64,000 nt of DNA from Minisyncoccota bacterium (GTDB taxonomy: Bacteria; Patescibacteriota; Minisyncoccia; Phycocordibacterales; UBA6065). The notes under the pieces are model-generated. The model was not told the origin of the DNA, made no database searches, and was given only the letters and a program-made list of their open reading frames with translations. Shown piece after piece: positions 19,095 through 28,913 of this stretch; position 1 is the first letter of the stretch; each line of letters starts with the position of its first letter. The stretch is from NCBI GenBank assembly GCA_036565605.1, contig DATCXV010000009.1, forward strand, positions 4,977 through 68,976, read 5' to 3'. The translations under genes and the position numbers were made by a program.

Positions 19095-20387
19095 TTAGAG
19101 AGCCGGCAGATATGCACTGGGGTCGAGGTATGCCGTTGGTGGTGCGGCGACCGTCTTGATGCCAGCACAGTTCGTCGAGCCAAGCGAAGACGAATCAACT
19201 ACACGCACACCTGCGGTCGCATAAACGCCGAAATGGAGATGTGGACCGGTTGCGTATCCTGTCTGACCCGAATAGCCGATGGTATCGCCGGTCACGACCG
19301 TGTCTCCGGGCGAAACAGACACCACGGACAAGTGGCCGTAGATCGTGGAAAGACCGTTAGGATGCTTGATCAGGACAAATTTTCCGTACTGGCAGCCGCT
19401 CTTGGACCTTACCGCTTCGGTATCGACGACGGTGCCCGAGAGCGCAGCTTTAACCGGTGTGCCGATCGATGCGGCTAAGTCGATGCCGCCGTGGGTACCG
19501 GACGTGTACAAACGTTTCGCGGCGACAGTCTTGCCGAAATATTGGGTGACGCGGATAACGGAAAGAGGCCACTCCAAAATGCTGTGTCGTGCGTTTGGAA
19601 TAGCATTGGGATCAAGCGTGATCTTCAATTGGCTTTCGTATGCAAACAATTCTTTTTCGTACTGCTCGCGCTGGGCAACTTTGTCGTCCAGGATGGCTTT
19701 GTAGTTCGCTTCCCTATTCTTTGTTTCCGTCAAAAGTTTGTCCTTTTCAGTTTTAGTTGAGGCAACAACTTTTTGTTGGTCTGCAAGGCTCTTGCGATAA
19801 GCTTCAAGTTTGGTTTTCTCCCCTGTCGCCTGGTCGCGGCGCGCGCCCAAAAGCATGCGCAGGTCACGCAATTCTTCAAGATCTACTTTGACGCGGCCTT
19901 GGACCGAGCGAAGGGAGTTCACATAATCGAGCGCGCTGGAAATACCTTCATCCGACAGTAGGGTTTCTGCGAATGATTGCGATTCGGCTGCGCTAACATT
20001 GCGCATGGACTCGGCGATGGCGGCCTCGCGCACAGAAATTTTTGCTTCCGCGTCATCGATATCATCTTCAAGCTGTCCCAAGGTGAGCGATGTTTTGTCG
20101 ATCTGGGTTGCCGTCAAAGAAAGGTTCGCCTGCAATTTTTTTTGCGTCGTTTCAAGCTGTGACAAGGCAGACTTGAGCGACTGGGCCTGTGCCGACGTCG
20201 AGTTAAGAAGCGTTGAGTACTGATCGATCTGCCTTTGCAGATCGTCGATCTTGCGGTTGTTTTCTTCGATCTTGGCGCGGATCGCTTCTGGGGACTCAGC
20301 GGCGAAAGCAGAGTGAGTCAAAAAAACTGCCGCAAGGGCGGCAAACACAGACAAAATCCCAAAGATGATGTTACTTGATTTCGTCAT
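19095..20387 (-). CDS. M23 peptidase with N-terminal coiled coil (EnvC/MepM-like)
   Basis: Signal peptide, long coiled coil, HGGID, YGHLS, TGPHLHF. Confidence 0.92.
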   Translation of the reverse strand: MTKSSNIIFGILSVFAALAAVFLTHSAFAAESPEAIRAKIEENNRKIDDLQRQIDQYSTLLNSTSAQAQSLKSALSQLETTQKKLQANLSLTATQIDKTSLTLGQLEDDIDDAEAKISVREAAIAESMRNVSAAESQSFAETLLSDEGISSALDYVNSLRSVQGRVKVDLEELRDLRMLLGARRDQATGEKTKLEAYRKSLADQQKVVASTKTEKDKLLTETKNREANYKAILDDKVAQREQYEKELFAYESQLKITLDPNAIPNARHSILEWPLSVIRVTQYFGKTVAAKRLYTSGTHGGIDLAASIGTPVKAALSGTVVDTEAVRSKSGCQYGKFVLIKHPNGLSTIYGHLSVVSVSPGDTVVTGDTIGYSGQTGYATGPHLHFGVYATAGVRVVDSSSLGSTNCAGIKTVAAPPTAYLDPSAYLPAL

Positions 20388-21768
20388 GCGCGCATTTATC
20401 CAGGGCCGTTTCGATACGTTTGATCGTTGTTTCTTTGCCTAAAATCGCAGCCAAGGTGAACGGATTAGGCGATCGATCTTTACCCGACAGAGCATAGCGT
20501 AAAGGCCACAAAACGGCTCCCCTGCCCTCTTTTTCTGCATAAGGCCAAATGACCGCCTTCACGCTTGCCTCATCCCAGGTGGCCGATTTGAAGCTCTGAA
20601 GCATATGCCTGACGTTGGCTAGATGCTTCTGTGCACCGGACAGGTCTGTTTCGTCTTTCCACTTAAGTGACAAAGCATCGTATTGCGGATCCGCGAAATA
20701 ATAATCGAGGTCGCGCTCTTCGATCATGGTGTCGATGTCGTTCAAGGTATCGATGCGCTCTAAGACAACGGGTGCGATGTTTGTAAGCAGCATGTGGTCT
20801 ATCTTCCATCCCAAATCCCGTGCCCGAGCAGACCGCAGAATGCGCTCTTCAAGTATGGTTGCAAATTTGTCTTTCGAGAGACGCTTCAGATGTTCTTTGT
20901 TTATCCAGCGCAATTTTTTCTCGTCAAAGACTGCGCCGCCCTTTTGAACCTTGGAAAGATCGAAGGCTTTGACCAACCCTTGGCGATCGAAAATTTCCTG
21001 GTCAGTGCCCGGGTTCCATCCGATGAGTGCCATGTAATTCAAAAGTGCTGACGGAAGAAATCCTTGGTCACGATAAAACGTCATCGGCTGGGCGCCGTGG
21101 CGTTTGGAAAGCTTTGATCGATCCAGGGCAAGTACCAAGGGCAGATGTGCATAGACAGGTGTCGGTGCGCCTAATGCTTCTTGGATGAGTATTTGTCTCG
21201 GTGTATTTGAAATGTGGTCTTCGCCTCGGATAACGTGCGTTACGCCCATAAGGAAGTCATCGAGCACGACCACAAAGTGGAAGATCGGTTCGGTCGGACT
21301 TTTGGCGATAACGAAGTCTCCCAGTTCAGTGGTGTCGAACTCTACGTCACCACGGATCAAATCATGGAAACGGACGCGCTTGTTGGGGTTGCGGAAACGA
21401 ACCACTTCGGCTCGCTGCCCTTCTTCGGTTACTTCTTCTTTCGAGATGTATGCCTTGTCTGCGGCGATCAGCTTATGGATCCATTCTTCATACAGATCAG
21501 TGCGTTCAGACTGGCGGTAAAACTCGTCGTGTGGTAATTCGAGCCACTTCAGACTTTCAACGATGTTGTTCTCGAATTCCTTTTTCGAGCGCGCTTTATC
21601 TGTGTCTTCGATGCGCAGGATGAAGGTGCCTTTGTGCTGTTTGGCGTACAGATATGAAAAGACTGCCGTACGATAGCTGCCGGCGTGCAAAAGACCGGTC
21701 GGAGACGGTGCAAATCGCGTCACAACCTTCGGCTTGCGGGAAAACAGGCCCTTGATTCGGCGCAGCAT
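20371..21768 (-). CDS. gltX: Glutamate--tRNA ligase
   Basis: RFAPSPTG.LH.G, LRIEDTD, THVIRGEDH, KLSKR. Confidence 0.97.
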   Translation of the reverse strand: MLRRIKGLFSRKPKVVTRFAPSPTGLLHAGSYRTAVFSYLYAKQHKGTFILRIEDTDKARSKKEFENNIVESLKWLELPHDEFYRQSERTDLYEEWIHKLIAADKAYISKEEVTEEGQRAEVVRFRNPNKRVRFHDLIRGDVEFDTTELGDFVIAKSPTEPIFHFVVVLDDFLMGVTHVIRGEDHISNTPRQILIQEALGAPTPVYAHLPLVLALDRSKLSKRHGAQPMTFYRDQGFLPSALLNYMALIGWNPGTDQEIFDRQGLVKAFDLSKVQKGGAVFDEKKLRWINKEHLKRLSKDKFATILEERILRSARARDLGWKIDHMLLTNIAPVVLERIDTLNDIDTMIEERDLDYYFADPQYDALSLKWKDETDLSGAQKHLANVRHMLQSFKSATWDEASVKAVIWPYAEKEGRGAVLWPLRYALSGKDRSPNPFTLAAILGKETTIKRIETALDKCAHDEIK

Positions 21769-21812
21769 AATGCGGCCATTATACACGACTTCCGATGTTT
21801 TCGCAGGCCACT

Positions 21813-22940
21813 CTACTTTACGTGCGAAAGCGCAATATTCACGATTTCTCTAGCGATTTTATCTGCTGCGTCTTTATGAGCAAAGGCTCCGGCGGCTTCC
21901 TTCATCTTTTGCGCAATGGCAGGGTTTGTGACTAGGCGATCGATTTCAGCTGACAATACGTGCGGCGAAAGGTTCGACTCTTCAATGACCGAACACGCTC
22001 CGGCCGCGGCGTATGCGAAAGCGTTCGAAGTTTGGTCATGGCTTATCGATTCTGGAATAGGAATGATGATGGACGGTCTCTTCCACAAAGCGATCTCGAA
22101 GATTTGGGAACCAGCGCGTGAAATGATTACCGAGGCAGCTCCAGCAGCCATGCGCAACGTTAACGTATTCAGATACGCATGAGGCTTGTAACGATTCTGG
22201 TTCGGATTCTCGCGCAGAATGACGGCGGCGGTGTTTGTCATCTCGTCGATATTTTCTTTGCCTGTCTGATGGATCACGGAATATTTCGAAACCAGATCCG
22301 GCAGAATGTCGATCATTGCATCGTTGATGCGTTTTGAACCTTGTGAACCACCCAGAATAAGAATGACCGGCACATCGTTTTCGAGCTTCAGATATTCGCG
22401 TGCCCCTTCGGTTAAAGGCTCCATTACTTCTCTGCGTACCGGATTGCCAGTTTCGGCTACTTTACCTTTTGGAAAATACTGGGCTGCCTGCGGATATGAT
22501 ACAGCGATTCTTTGTGCAAACTTCCCTGCCCACAAATTAACGCGACCCGGGTGCGAGTCGGACTCATGGATCACCACTGGAATGTGCAAAAGACGCGCGG
22601 CAAACAAAACCGGAAACGAAACATAGCCGCCTTTGCCAAAAACCACATCAGGATAAATGCGCCAGACGGTTATAACCGCCTGTATGATGCCCGCTGCTGT
22701 TTTGAACAGGTCTACAAGATTTAGAAACGAAAAATAGCGACGTACTTTACCCGCATAACTTTTCTCGAAGGTAATACCGCGTTCATACAAGGCGCGTTCG
22801 TCATACGGGGATGGAGCGAGGTAAAAAAGCCGCGCATCAAGGAGCTTTTCCTGTTTAACGATATCATTGATCGATTCCGCGACAGCAAGCAAGGGATAGA
22901 AATGACCGCCCGTGCCGCCTCCGGTGAGGATGATTTTCAT
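21813..22940 (-). CDS. murG: Lipid II N-acetylglucosaminyltransferase
   Basis: GGGTGGH, GGYVSFP, GNPVR, GGSQG, SRAG. Confidence 0.96.
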   Translation of the reverse strand: MKIILTGGGTGGHFYPLLAVAESINDIVKQEKLLDARLFYLAPSPYDERALYERGITFEKSYAGKVRRYFSFLNLVDLFKTAAGIIQAVITVWRIYPDVVFGKGGYVSFPVLFAARLLHIPVVIHESDSHPGRVNLWAGKFAQRIAVSYPQAAQYFPKGKVAETGNPVRREVMEPLTEGAREYLKLENDVPVILILGGSQGSKRINDAMIDILPDLVSKYSVIHQTGKENIDEMTNTAAVILRENPNQNRYKPHAYLNTLTLRMAAGAASVIISRAGSQIFEIALWKRPSIIIPIPESISHDQTSNAFAYAAAGACSVIEESNLSPHVLSAEIDRLVTNPAIAQKMKEAAGAFAHKDAADKIAREIVNIALSHVK

Positions 22941-22966
22941 GCGGCAATTCTAGCACACGAAATCTC

Positions 22967-24064
22967 CTATCTTTTTGCCGTCCTCGAAATATTCAAAAGC
23001 ATGCCGCATTCTGCTAGGACGAAGAAAAGCGCCGTGCCTCCTTGCGACACGAACAATAATGGGATGCCAGAAAGCGGCAGGACACCTGCCATGGCCCCGA
23101 TGTTCACGAATGATTGTGCAATTACGAACGTGGCGATACCGGTCGCAAGAAGCGATCCAAAGGGGTCGCTTGCTCGTGCGGCGATGCGGAATGTACGCAG
23201 AGCAAAAAAGACGTACAGACCGATCAGGGTAATGGATCCGATGAGACCGAATTCTTCAGCAGCAACAGCGAAGATCGAGTCGCCCACTGGCTCGGGCAGG
23301 TATGCAAATTTTTGGATGGACTGACCGAAGCCGCGGCCGGTTATTTGTCCCGATCCGATGGCGATAAGTGATTGTTCTATCTGATATCCAGATGTCTGGC
23401 TTTTTTCGGCCGGGTGAATGAACGTTTCAATACGTGCGCGCACGTATGGTCTCCATACAGCAAGTGCCGCCAAAGCGACAAGTCCGATCGCCCCTACGGC
23501 AAAGATGTGTTTCCACTTCCCTCCTGCCACCAGATACATGGCGACGATCGAACATGAAATGACAGCCAATGTGTCTGTGTCAGGCTGAAGCAAACATAGA
23601 ATGCCAACCACAACAAGCATTACGCACAAAGGCACCAGTCCTCGTCGCCAGTCTTTGATGCGCTCGCCCACGAGTGAAAGCCAGGCTGCAAAGCAGATGA
23701 CTGCCGTAATCTTTAACGCCTCGGATACTTGAAATGAGAACGATCCAACCAAAAGCCATCGCGTCGCGCCGCCATGTGAAAGTCCAAGTCCGGGAATGAA
23801 AATGATCAGGTTTAAAACGATGGCAGCCAGAAATGCCCAGAAGGACCAGGTGCGCAGGCGCAGATAGTCCAGGCGCGAGAATGCCCACAGCGCTACAAGT
23901 CCAGGCAAAAGGCCAATGGTCACCTGCTTCCAGGCGATGGAACTCATGTGTGCCTGATCTCGGGCTAACAGTCCAAGCGATGCAGAAAGAAAAATAAGAA
24001 ATCCTGCTGTGACCAAGGCAAGGATCGATACAAGGAGCGGAGTATCAACGCGGCGAATGCGCAT
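22967..24064 (-). CDS. ftsW: SEDS-family peptidoglycan glycosyltransferase
   Basis: GATRW, FQVSE.LK, QPD, YQ..QS..AIGSG, LPE..GD.IF, GIPL.FVSQGG; adjacent to murG. Confidence 0.9.
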   Translation of the reverse strand: MRIRRVDTPLLVSILALVTAGFLIFLSASLGLLARDQAHMSSIAWKQVTIGLLPGLVALWAFSRLDYLRLRTWSFWAFLAAIVLNLIIFIPGLGLSHGGATRWLLVGSFSFQVSEALKITAVICFAAWLSLVGERIKDWRRGLVPLCVMLVVVGILCLLQPDTDTLAVISCSIVAMYLVAGGKWKHIFAVGAIGLVALAALAVWRPYVRARIETFIHPAEKSQTSGYQIEQSLIAIGSGQITGRGFGQSIQKFAYLPEPVGDSIFAVAAEEFGLIGSITLIGLYVFFALRTFRIAARASDPFGSLLATGIATFVIAQSFVNIGAMAGVLPLSGIPLLFVSQGGTALFFVLAECGMLLNISRTAKR

Positions 24065-24089
24065 ATGAAAAAGTATATCACGCAGAAAA

Positions 24090-24356
24090 CAAAAACCGCT
24101 CGGAATAATTCCAAGCGGCATTGTTTTGGGCTGTTCGTGTTAGACACGTAAGCCGGGAGAAACCCTTTTGGATTGATCCAAAGGTGAAACCTAGTTGTTT
24201 TCGTTCAGTATTCGCAACAGAGACCGTTCGTCGTCGTTAGCATCAGATCCTGGAGGGACCGCGGCATCAGGTGCAAACCATATGTTTGTACCTGGTTGGG
24301 ATGTGATGGACGTTCGCGCCGTCGCTTTGTTGCGTTCAAAGAACTTACCAACCTTA
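24090..24356 (-). ncRNA. Candidate structured ncRNA (rod-like core, 6S-like shape)
   Basis: Promoter TTGACA-16 nt-TATACT (24390-24363), nested long-range helices, terminator ~24091-24118. Confidence 0.5.
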
Positions 24357-24400
24357 TAAGCTAGTATAGCAGATCCTATGAATTTGTCAAGCGATCTGCT

Positions 24401-25351
24401 CTATTGAGCCACAGACTGCGACGTTGTGGCCAGGTAATTGATAGTTGCCTTTACCAAAGCACTCATATCCGTAAATCGTCCATCATAAGACGAGCCAAGT
24501 ACCGTGACGATAATAGGGTGTCCAAGCCCCGCATCGAACGCAACGGTCAGGTTTCCTCCGGACAGATCTGTGTAACCAGTTTTCGAGGCGATTGCTCCAG
24601 GAATATCAGGCAGCGCCTTGTTCGTGTTCCCTGCCGGGTGTGCCGCGATCTTTGAATCGATCACGGTCGCATTCAGTGCAGTTGCTTCGACAATGTGAGG
24701 ATCTTTGTCGAGGATTTTTTTCAAAAGTTTTGTTACGTCGCGCGCTGAACCATATCCTCCGGCCTGGGTTGTGGTTATATCGAGACCAGAATAGTTATAG
24801 AAATGCATACTTGAAAGTCCAAGCTTCGTTGCTTGTATATTCATGTGTTCGATAAATTCAGAAGTTGGTGTCGATTCGATTGGAGTCGATGTTGCGGCGG
24901 CGATAAGTTGTGCGCCTGCAACCGAAGCGATGGCGCGCGCTCCGTCGTTAGAAGAAACGATCAGACTGAAATCTATCAGAGAACCCAAATCCCATTCCTC
25001 GTCGGTGTAAAGCCCTGTGTCCCCTTCCTCGCGCACGTCATCGGCGGTAACCCGGACCAACAGATAACGTGGCACGATTCCGTACGCCGTATAAGCAGTC
25101 ATTAATTTTGTAAGCGAAGCAAGCGGCAGCGATTCGTCTGCATTATGTTCAAAAATGGTTCGCCCGGTCTGTGCGTCATACACAATAGCGGCCTTCGCTT
25201 CAATCGCCGGTGCGATAAACAGCGGTGTTGAAGTCGAAGTGATCTCTTCTGTAATCTTATGCTCTCGACCTGGATAGGACCACCACAAAAACAGCCCCAG
25301 TAGGAGCGTCACTGCTATTGTTTCAAGCCATGCGCGAGTTCGTGGATCCAT
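24401..25351 (-). CDS. D-alanyl-D-alanine carboxypeptidase family (S11) serine hydrolase
   Basis: PLASLTK (SxxK), SSN (SxN), KTG; N-terminal TM. Confidence 0.92.
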   Translation of the reverse strand: MDPRTRAWLETIAVTLLLGLFLWWSYPGREHKITEEITSTSTPLFIAPAIEAKAAIVYDAQTGRTIFEHNADESLPLASLTKLMTAYTAYGIVPRYLLVRVTADDVREEGDTGLYTDEEWDLGSLIDFSLIVSSNDGARAIASVAGAQLIAAATSTPIESTPTSEFIEHMNIQATKLGLSSMHFYNYSGLDITTTQAGGYGSARDVTKLLKKILDKDPHIVEATALNATVIDSKIAAHPAGNTNKALPDIPGAIASKTGYTDLSGGNLTVAFDAGLGHPIIVTVLGSSYDGRFTDMSALVKATINYLATTSQSVAQ

Positions 25352-25357
25352 ATTTGG

Positions 25358-25897
25358 TTATGCAGTCGTCTGTTCAGCGGTGAATGCCTCGAGCTCTGCT
25401 TTCACTTGTGTAAACTCGGGCAAATCTTCAATGCGCGAGACACCTACGTGTGACAAAAGTTCGACCGTCGGTTTGTACGAAAAGCCTCGGCCTTCTTTTT
25501 CGGTCGTGCGTTCAATTAATCCGCGGACAAGCAGATTACGAATGATGAACGACGAATTGACGCCGCGAATATAATCAATATCAGAGCGGCGGACCGGTCC
25601 TTTGTACAAAATTATGGTAAGCGTTTCCAGTCCAGCTTTGCCTAAATCTCGGTACAGTTCTTCTTTGGTCAGCTTTTCTATAAGAGCGCTTGCTTCTGGA
25701 GCGGTACGGAGCTCGATTTCATCGCTGGCGCGTACAATGCGCAGGCCACGGATTGAAAGCTTTTGTTCCAGGCTGGTCAGTGCCGTTTCCAGTTCTTCGG
25801 CCGTGCATTCCAAAGCAGCCGCGACTTTCGCCTTCTTCCAAGGCTCGCCTTTCCAAAATAGAACGGCTTCAAGCTGTGATTCTAGGTCCATGGCCAT
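25358..25897 (-). CDS. scpB: SMC-ScpAB subunit ScpB
   Basis: LEAVLF, LETL.II.Y.GPV.R.DID.IRGV. Confidence 0.93.
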   Translation of the reverse strand: MAMDLESQLEAVLFWKGEPWKKAKVAAALECTAEELETALTSLEQKLSIRGLRIVRASDEIELRTAPEASALIEKLTKEELYRDLGKAGLETLTIILYKGPVRRSDIDYIRGVNSSFIIRNLLVRGLIERTTEKEGRGFSYKPTVELLSHVGVSRIEDLPEFTQVKAELEAFTAEQTTA

Positions 25898-26182
25898 ATT
25901 GTTCCAGTATAAATCCAAATAAAAAATATTGCGACACAAATAAAAAGATTCTGGCGAAAGTAAAGGTATGTACCTTCGTACTATCTATGCGGGTTAACAC
26001 AGGAAATCAAGTTATGTCCGCGCAATCACAACCGAATAGCGAGATAAAGCGACAGTAATACCTGCCGCCTTCAATCAAGATGCCGCTCATAACGGCACCG
26101 TTGTGGAGGGTAAATCCAATCACATCTTCCCAACGTTTTCACAGCACTTCAAAAAGCCGCCGATCGACCGGCGGCTTTCGGT

Positions 26183-26911
26183 TTAATATCGCGGCACGCC
26201 TACCTGCTCTGTTTCCATATGGATATCGTCGAAATGTCGTTCTTGCGAGACATTAATGATGCCCTGCTTTACTAATTCAAGCATAGCCAAAAACGAAACG
26301 ATCACATTTACCTTTTCGGTCGGATTTCCCTTTTGACCGCCAGAAAATTCGCGGAAAGACATCTTTAGGCTTTCGGATACGCGTTTGGTCAGGCTTTCGA
26401 TCATTTGTTCCAGGCTTATGACTTTGTCCACGACCACTTTCGGCAAAAATTCGCGCTTGGGCAGATTTTGCAGAACGCGTTTGGCAGCATCAAGCAAGTT
26501 AGCCAAGGTCATATCGGCATCCGGCGCAAAGACCGGGTCCAAGCGGCGCTCGCCGCGAGAAAACAAAACCTGTGCGCCGAACAAAGGCTTTATCTTCTGC
26601 GACAAGGTGCGCATGCGCTCGTAGACTTTCAGGCGGCGTTCCAGGTCTTCGATGGACGCTTGTTCCTCGGTCGTCAAATTCAGGGTTGGTAGAAGCGATT
26701 TTGATTTGATCAACAGGAGCGTTGAAGCAACTAATACGAATTGGGCGCTGTCGGCGACCGGAAATTCGCCAAGAGTCTTTACATATTCAATATAATCATC
26801 AGCGACCTTTGCTAAAGACACATCGTTTACGAACAGTTTTCGCTTCTCGATGAGGTCAAGAAGAAGCTCAAGCGGGCCTTCAAAATGTTCCTGTTTGACG
26901 GTGAATGACAT
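26183..26911 (-). CDS. scpA: SMC-ScpAB kleisin subunit ScpA
   Basis: FEGPLELLL.LI, IKSK.LLP, FLAMLELVK. Confidence 0.94.
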   Translation of the reverse strand: MSFTVKQEHFEGPLELLLDLIEKRKLFVNDVSLAKVADDYIEYVKTLGEFPVADSAQFVLVASTLLLIKSKSLLPTLNLTTEEQASIEDLERRLKVYERMRTLSQKIKPLFGAQVLFSRGERRLDPVFAPDADMTLANLLDAAKRVLQNLPKREFLPKVVVDKVISLEQMIESLTKRVSESLKMSFREFSGGQKGNPTEKVNVIVSFLAMLELVKQGIINVSQERHFDDIHMETEQVGVPRY

Positions 26912-27265
26912 GGCTTCAATTGAGGCTATTGTAGCATGTTGGTCACCTACTTTGATTAAAAGATAACCGCTCTCCAAAAAAATGGGAGCGGTCTGGTGGA
27001 ATGAAATAAAGAACTGAATGGATCCTCTCGCGTTGGCCTTATGCCAAAGTGACTTATGGATTGCGCGGGTTTGAAGGCAATAGACGCCATGTGGAGATCG
27101 ATGACTGCTGTCATGGAAACTCCGCTCGGAACTTTCTTGCGAAAGAGCTGTGGAGGGAGAGAAACTATCTCGATCCTTCCACTAATAGTACGTTTGAGAA
27201 GCGGCAAAAATTTCAAAGAAAACCGGCACCTTGTGGAGCCGGTTTTCTGCTGAACTATCAATATC

Positions 27266-28660
27266 TTAAGCCTTCTTTTTGACAGTAATTCCCAACTCCA
27301 TGAGCTGACTGTTCGATACCTCCGATGGCGACTGCATCATAAGGTCCCTTCCCTCGCCCGTTTTGGCGAAGGCGATCACCTCGCGGATGTTTGGTTCGTT
27401 CTGGAGGATTGCCATTAAACGGTCCATGCCCCAGGCGATGCCGCCGTGCGGAGGCGCGCCATAGCTGAAAGCTTCCAACATGTGACCGAAACCGGACTGA
27501 ATTTTCGCTTCGTCATAATTCATGACTTCAAGCACTTTGCGCAAGGCTTCCGGCTTGTGATTGCGGATCGAGCCGCCGCCGATCTCGAAGCCGTTCAGCG
27601 CTACGTCGTATTGGGTGGTCAGGATCTGCTCGATATTTTCCTTCTTCATGAGCATGTCCATGTGCTCTGGCTTCGGGGCCGAGAACGGGTTGTGGGTGAA
27701 AGTCCAGCCGCCCTGGTCGTTTTTCTCGAAGAACGGAAAGTCCACGACCCAGCAGAATGCAAGCAGATCAGGGTCATTTTTATCCGTGCGCAAATCCGGC
27801 TTGTCGGAATTGTATTTTTCCATCGCTTCTTTATATGAAAGGCGCGGGAATGGAATTTCTTGGATCTTTTTATGTGGGGCGACGGTCTTTACCAGATCGA
27901 TGAGTAATCGTTCGTTCAATGCCATGACATCTTCGCGAGTGACGAAGCTCATCTCCATATCGAGCTGTGTGAATTCCGGCTGGCGGTCACCACGGGTGTC
28001 TTCATCACGCATGCAGCGCGCAATTTGAAAGTAGCGTTCAAAGCCGGACGTCATCAACAGCTGCTTATACTGCTGGGGCGACTGCGGCAGTGCATAGAAT
28101 TTGCCGTTTTCGAGGCGCGACGGTACCAGAAAGCCGCGGGCGCCATCATGAGTGAATTTGGTAAGCATCGGTGTTTCGATCTCGGCAAAGCCTTCTTTGG
28201 TAAGCCAGTTACGCACGAACATGTTGACCGAGTGGCGGGTACGGATATTCTTTTGAAGGCGCGGCCGGCGCAAGTCCAAATATCGGTATGTAAGGCGCGG
28301 CTCTTCACCGATCTCGCGGCCATCCGAACGAACGTCGATGGGCGTGGTCTGGGCTTCGTTCAGGACTTTGATGTCAAGAATTTCAAGCTCGATCGAGCCG
28401 TTCTGTTTATCTTTTTGAATGTTCTTTTCCGGGCGCGGGTTTACCTTGCCGGTGATTTCCACTACCCATTCCGTGCGCAGAGTCTGGGCGATCGCCATCG
28501 ACTCTGCCTTCGGCAAAACAACACCTTGGACGTAGCCCGTCATATCACGGAAGTCCAAAAAGATCAGTTTGCCTTGGTCGCGGCGGACGTCAACCCAACC
28601 TTTGATGATGACAGTCTCGCCTTTCTTTGATTCGAGGTCTTTGATGAGTGTTCGTTCCAT
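27266..28660 (-). CDS. aspS: Aspartate--tRNA(Asp/Asn) ligase, short form lacking the GAD insertion
   Basis: OB domain, YRYLDLR, LPQSPQ.YKQLLM, RDED.RGDRQPEFTQLD, GAPPHGG.A.G.DR. Confidence 0.96.
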   Translation of the reverse strand: MERTLIKDLESKKGETVIIKGWVDVRRDQGKLIFLDFRDMTGYVQGVVLPKAESMAIAQTLRTEWVVEITGKVNPRPEKNIQKDKQNGSIELEILDIKVLNEAQTTPIDVRSDGREIGEEPRLTYRYLDLRRPRLQKNIRTRHSVNMFVRNWLTKEGFAEIETPMLTKFTHDGARGFLVPSRLENGKFYALPQSPQQYKQLLMTSGFERYFQIARCMRDEDTRGDRQPEFTQLDMEMSFVTREDVMALNERLLIDLVKTVAPHKKIQEIPFPRLSYKEAMEKYNSDKPDLRTDKNDPDLLAFCWVVDFPFFEKNDQGGWTFTHNPFSAPKPEHMDMLMKKENIEQILTTQYDVALNGFEIGGGSIRNHKPEALRKVLEVMNYDEAKIQSGFGHMLEAFSYGAPPHGGIAWGMDRLMAILQNEPNIREVIAFAKTGEGRDLMMQSPSEVSNSQLMELGITVKKKA

Positions 28661-28875
28661 TGTAATTCGTTAAGAGACGGGGTGTATATAAAAAAGCGCC
28701 CCTCCGAAAACAAGCTTTCGCTTGCTCTCGCAGGGGCGCCCTCAAAATAAAGAGAGTCGCGGTGCCACCCTGTCTTGTAACTTGTTTATACCGCATCGGG
28801 CGGCATCCGGGGGATTCTACGGCCTTTGCAGGCTTTCCTTCCCCGTCCTCGCCGGTGTCTGCCGGGTCGTCAGAT
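28661..28875 (-). promoter_or_regulatory. T-box riboswitch leader of aspS
   Basis: AGGGUGGCACCGCG (28771-28758), overlapping terminator with U6 (28739-28690), candidate GAC specifier 28847-28845, promoter TTTACA-17-TACAGT. Confidence 0.85.
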
Positions 28876-28913
28876 GAAAATACTGTAGCGCGATTGTCAG
28901 TCGTTGTAAATAT

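Noticed and set aside
24148-24160. CCCGGCUUA resembling the RNase P RNA 3' motif
   Set aside because: The partner GAGGAAAGUCC motif is absent
24190-24245. Minus-strand frame reading ANDDERSLLRILNENN*, like a tmRNA tag
   Set aside because: No tRNA-like GGGG 5' end or CCA 3' end, and the peptide lacks the hydrophobic Ala-ending tail
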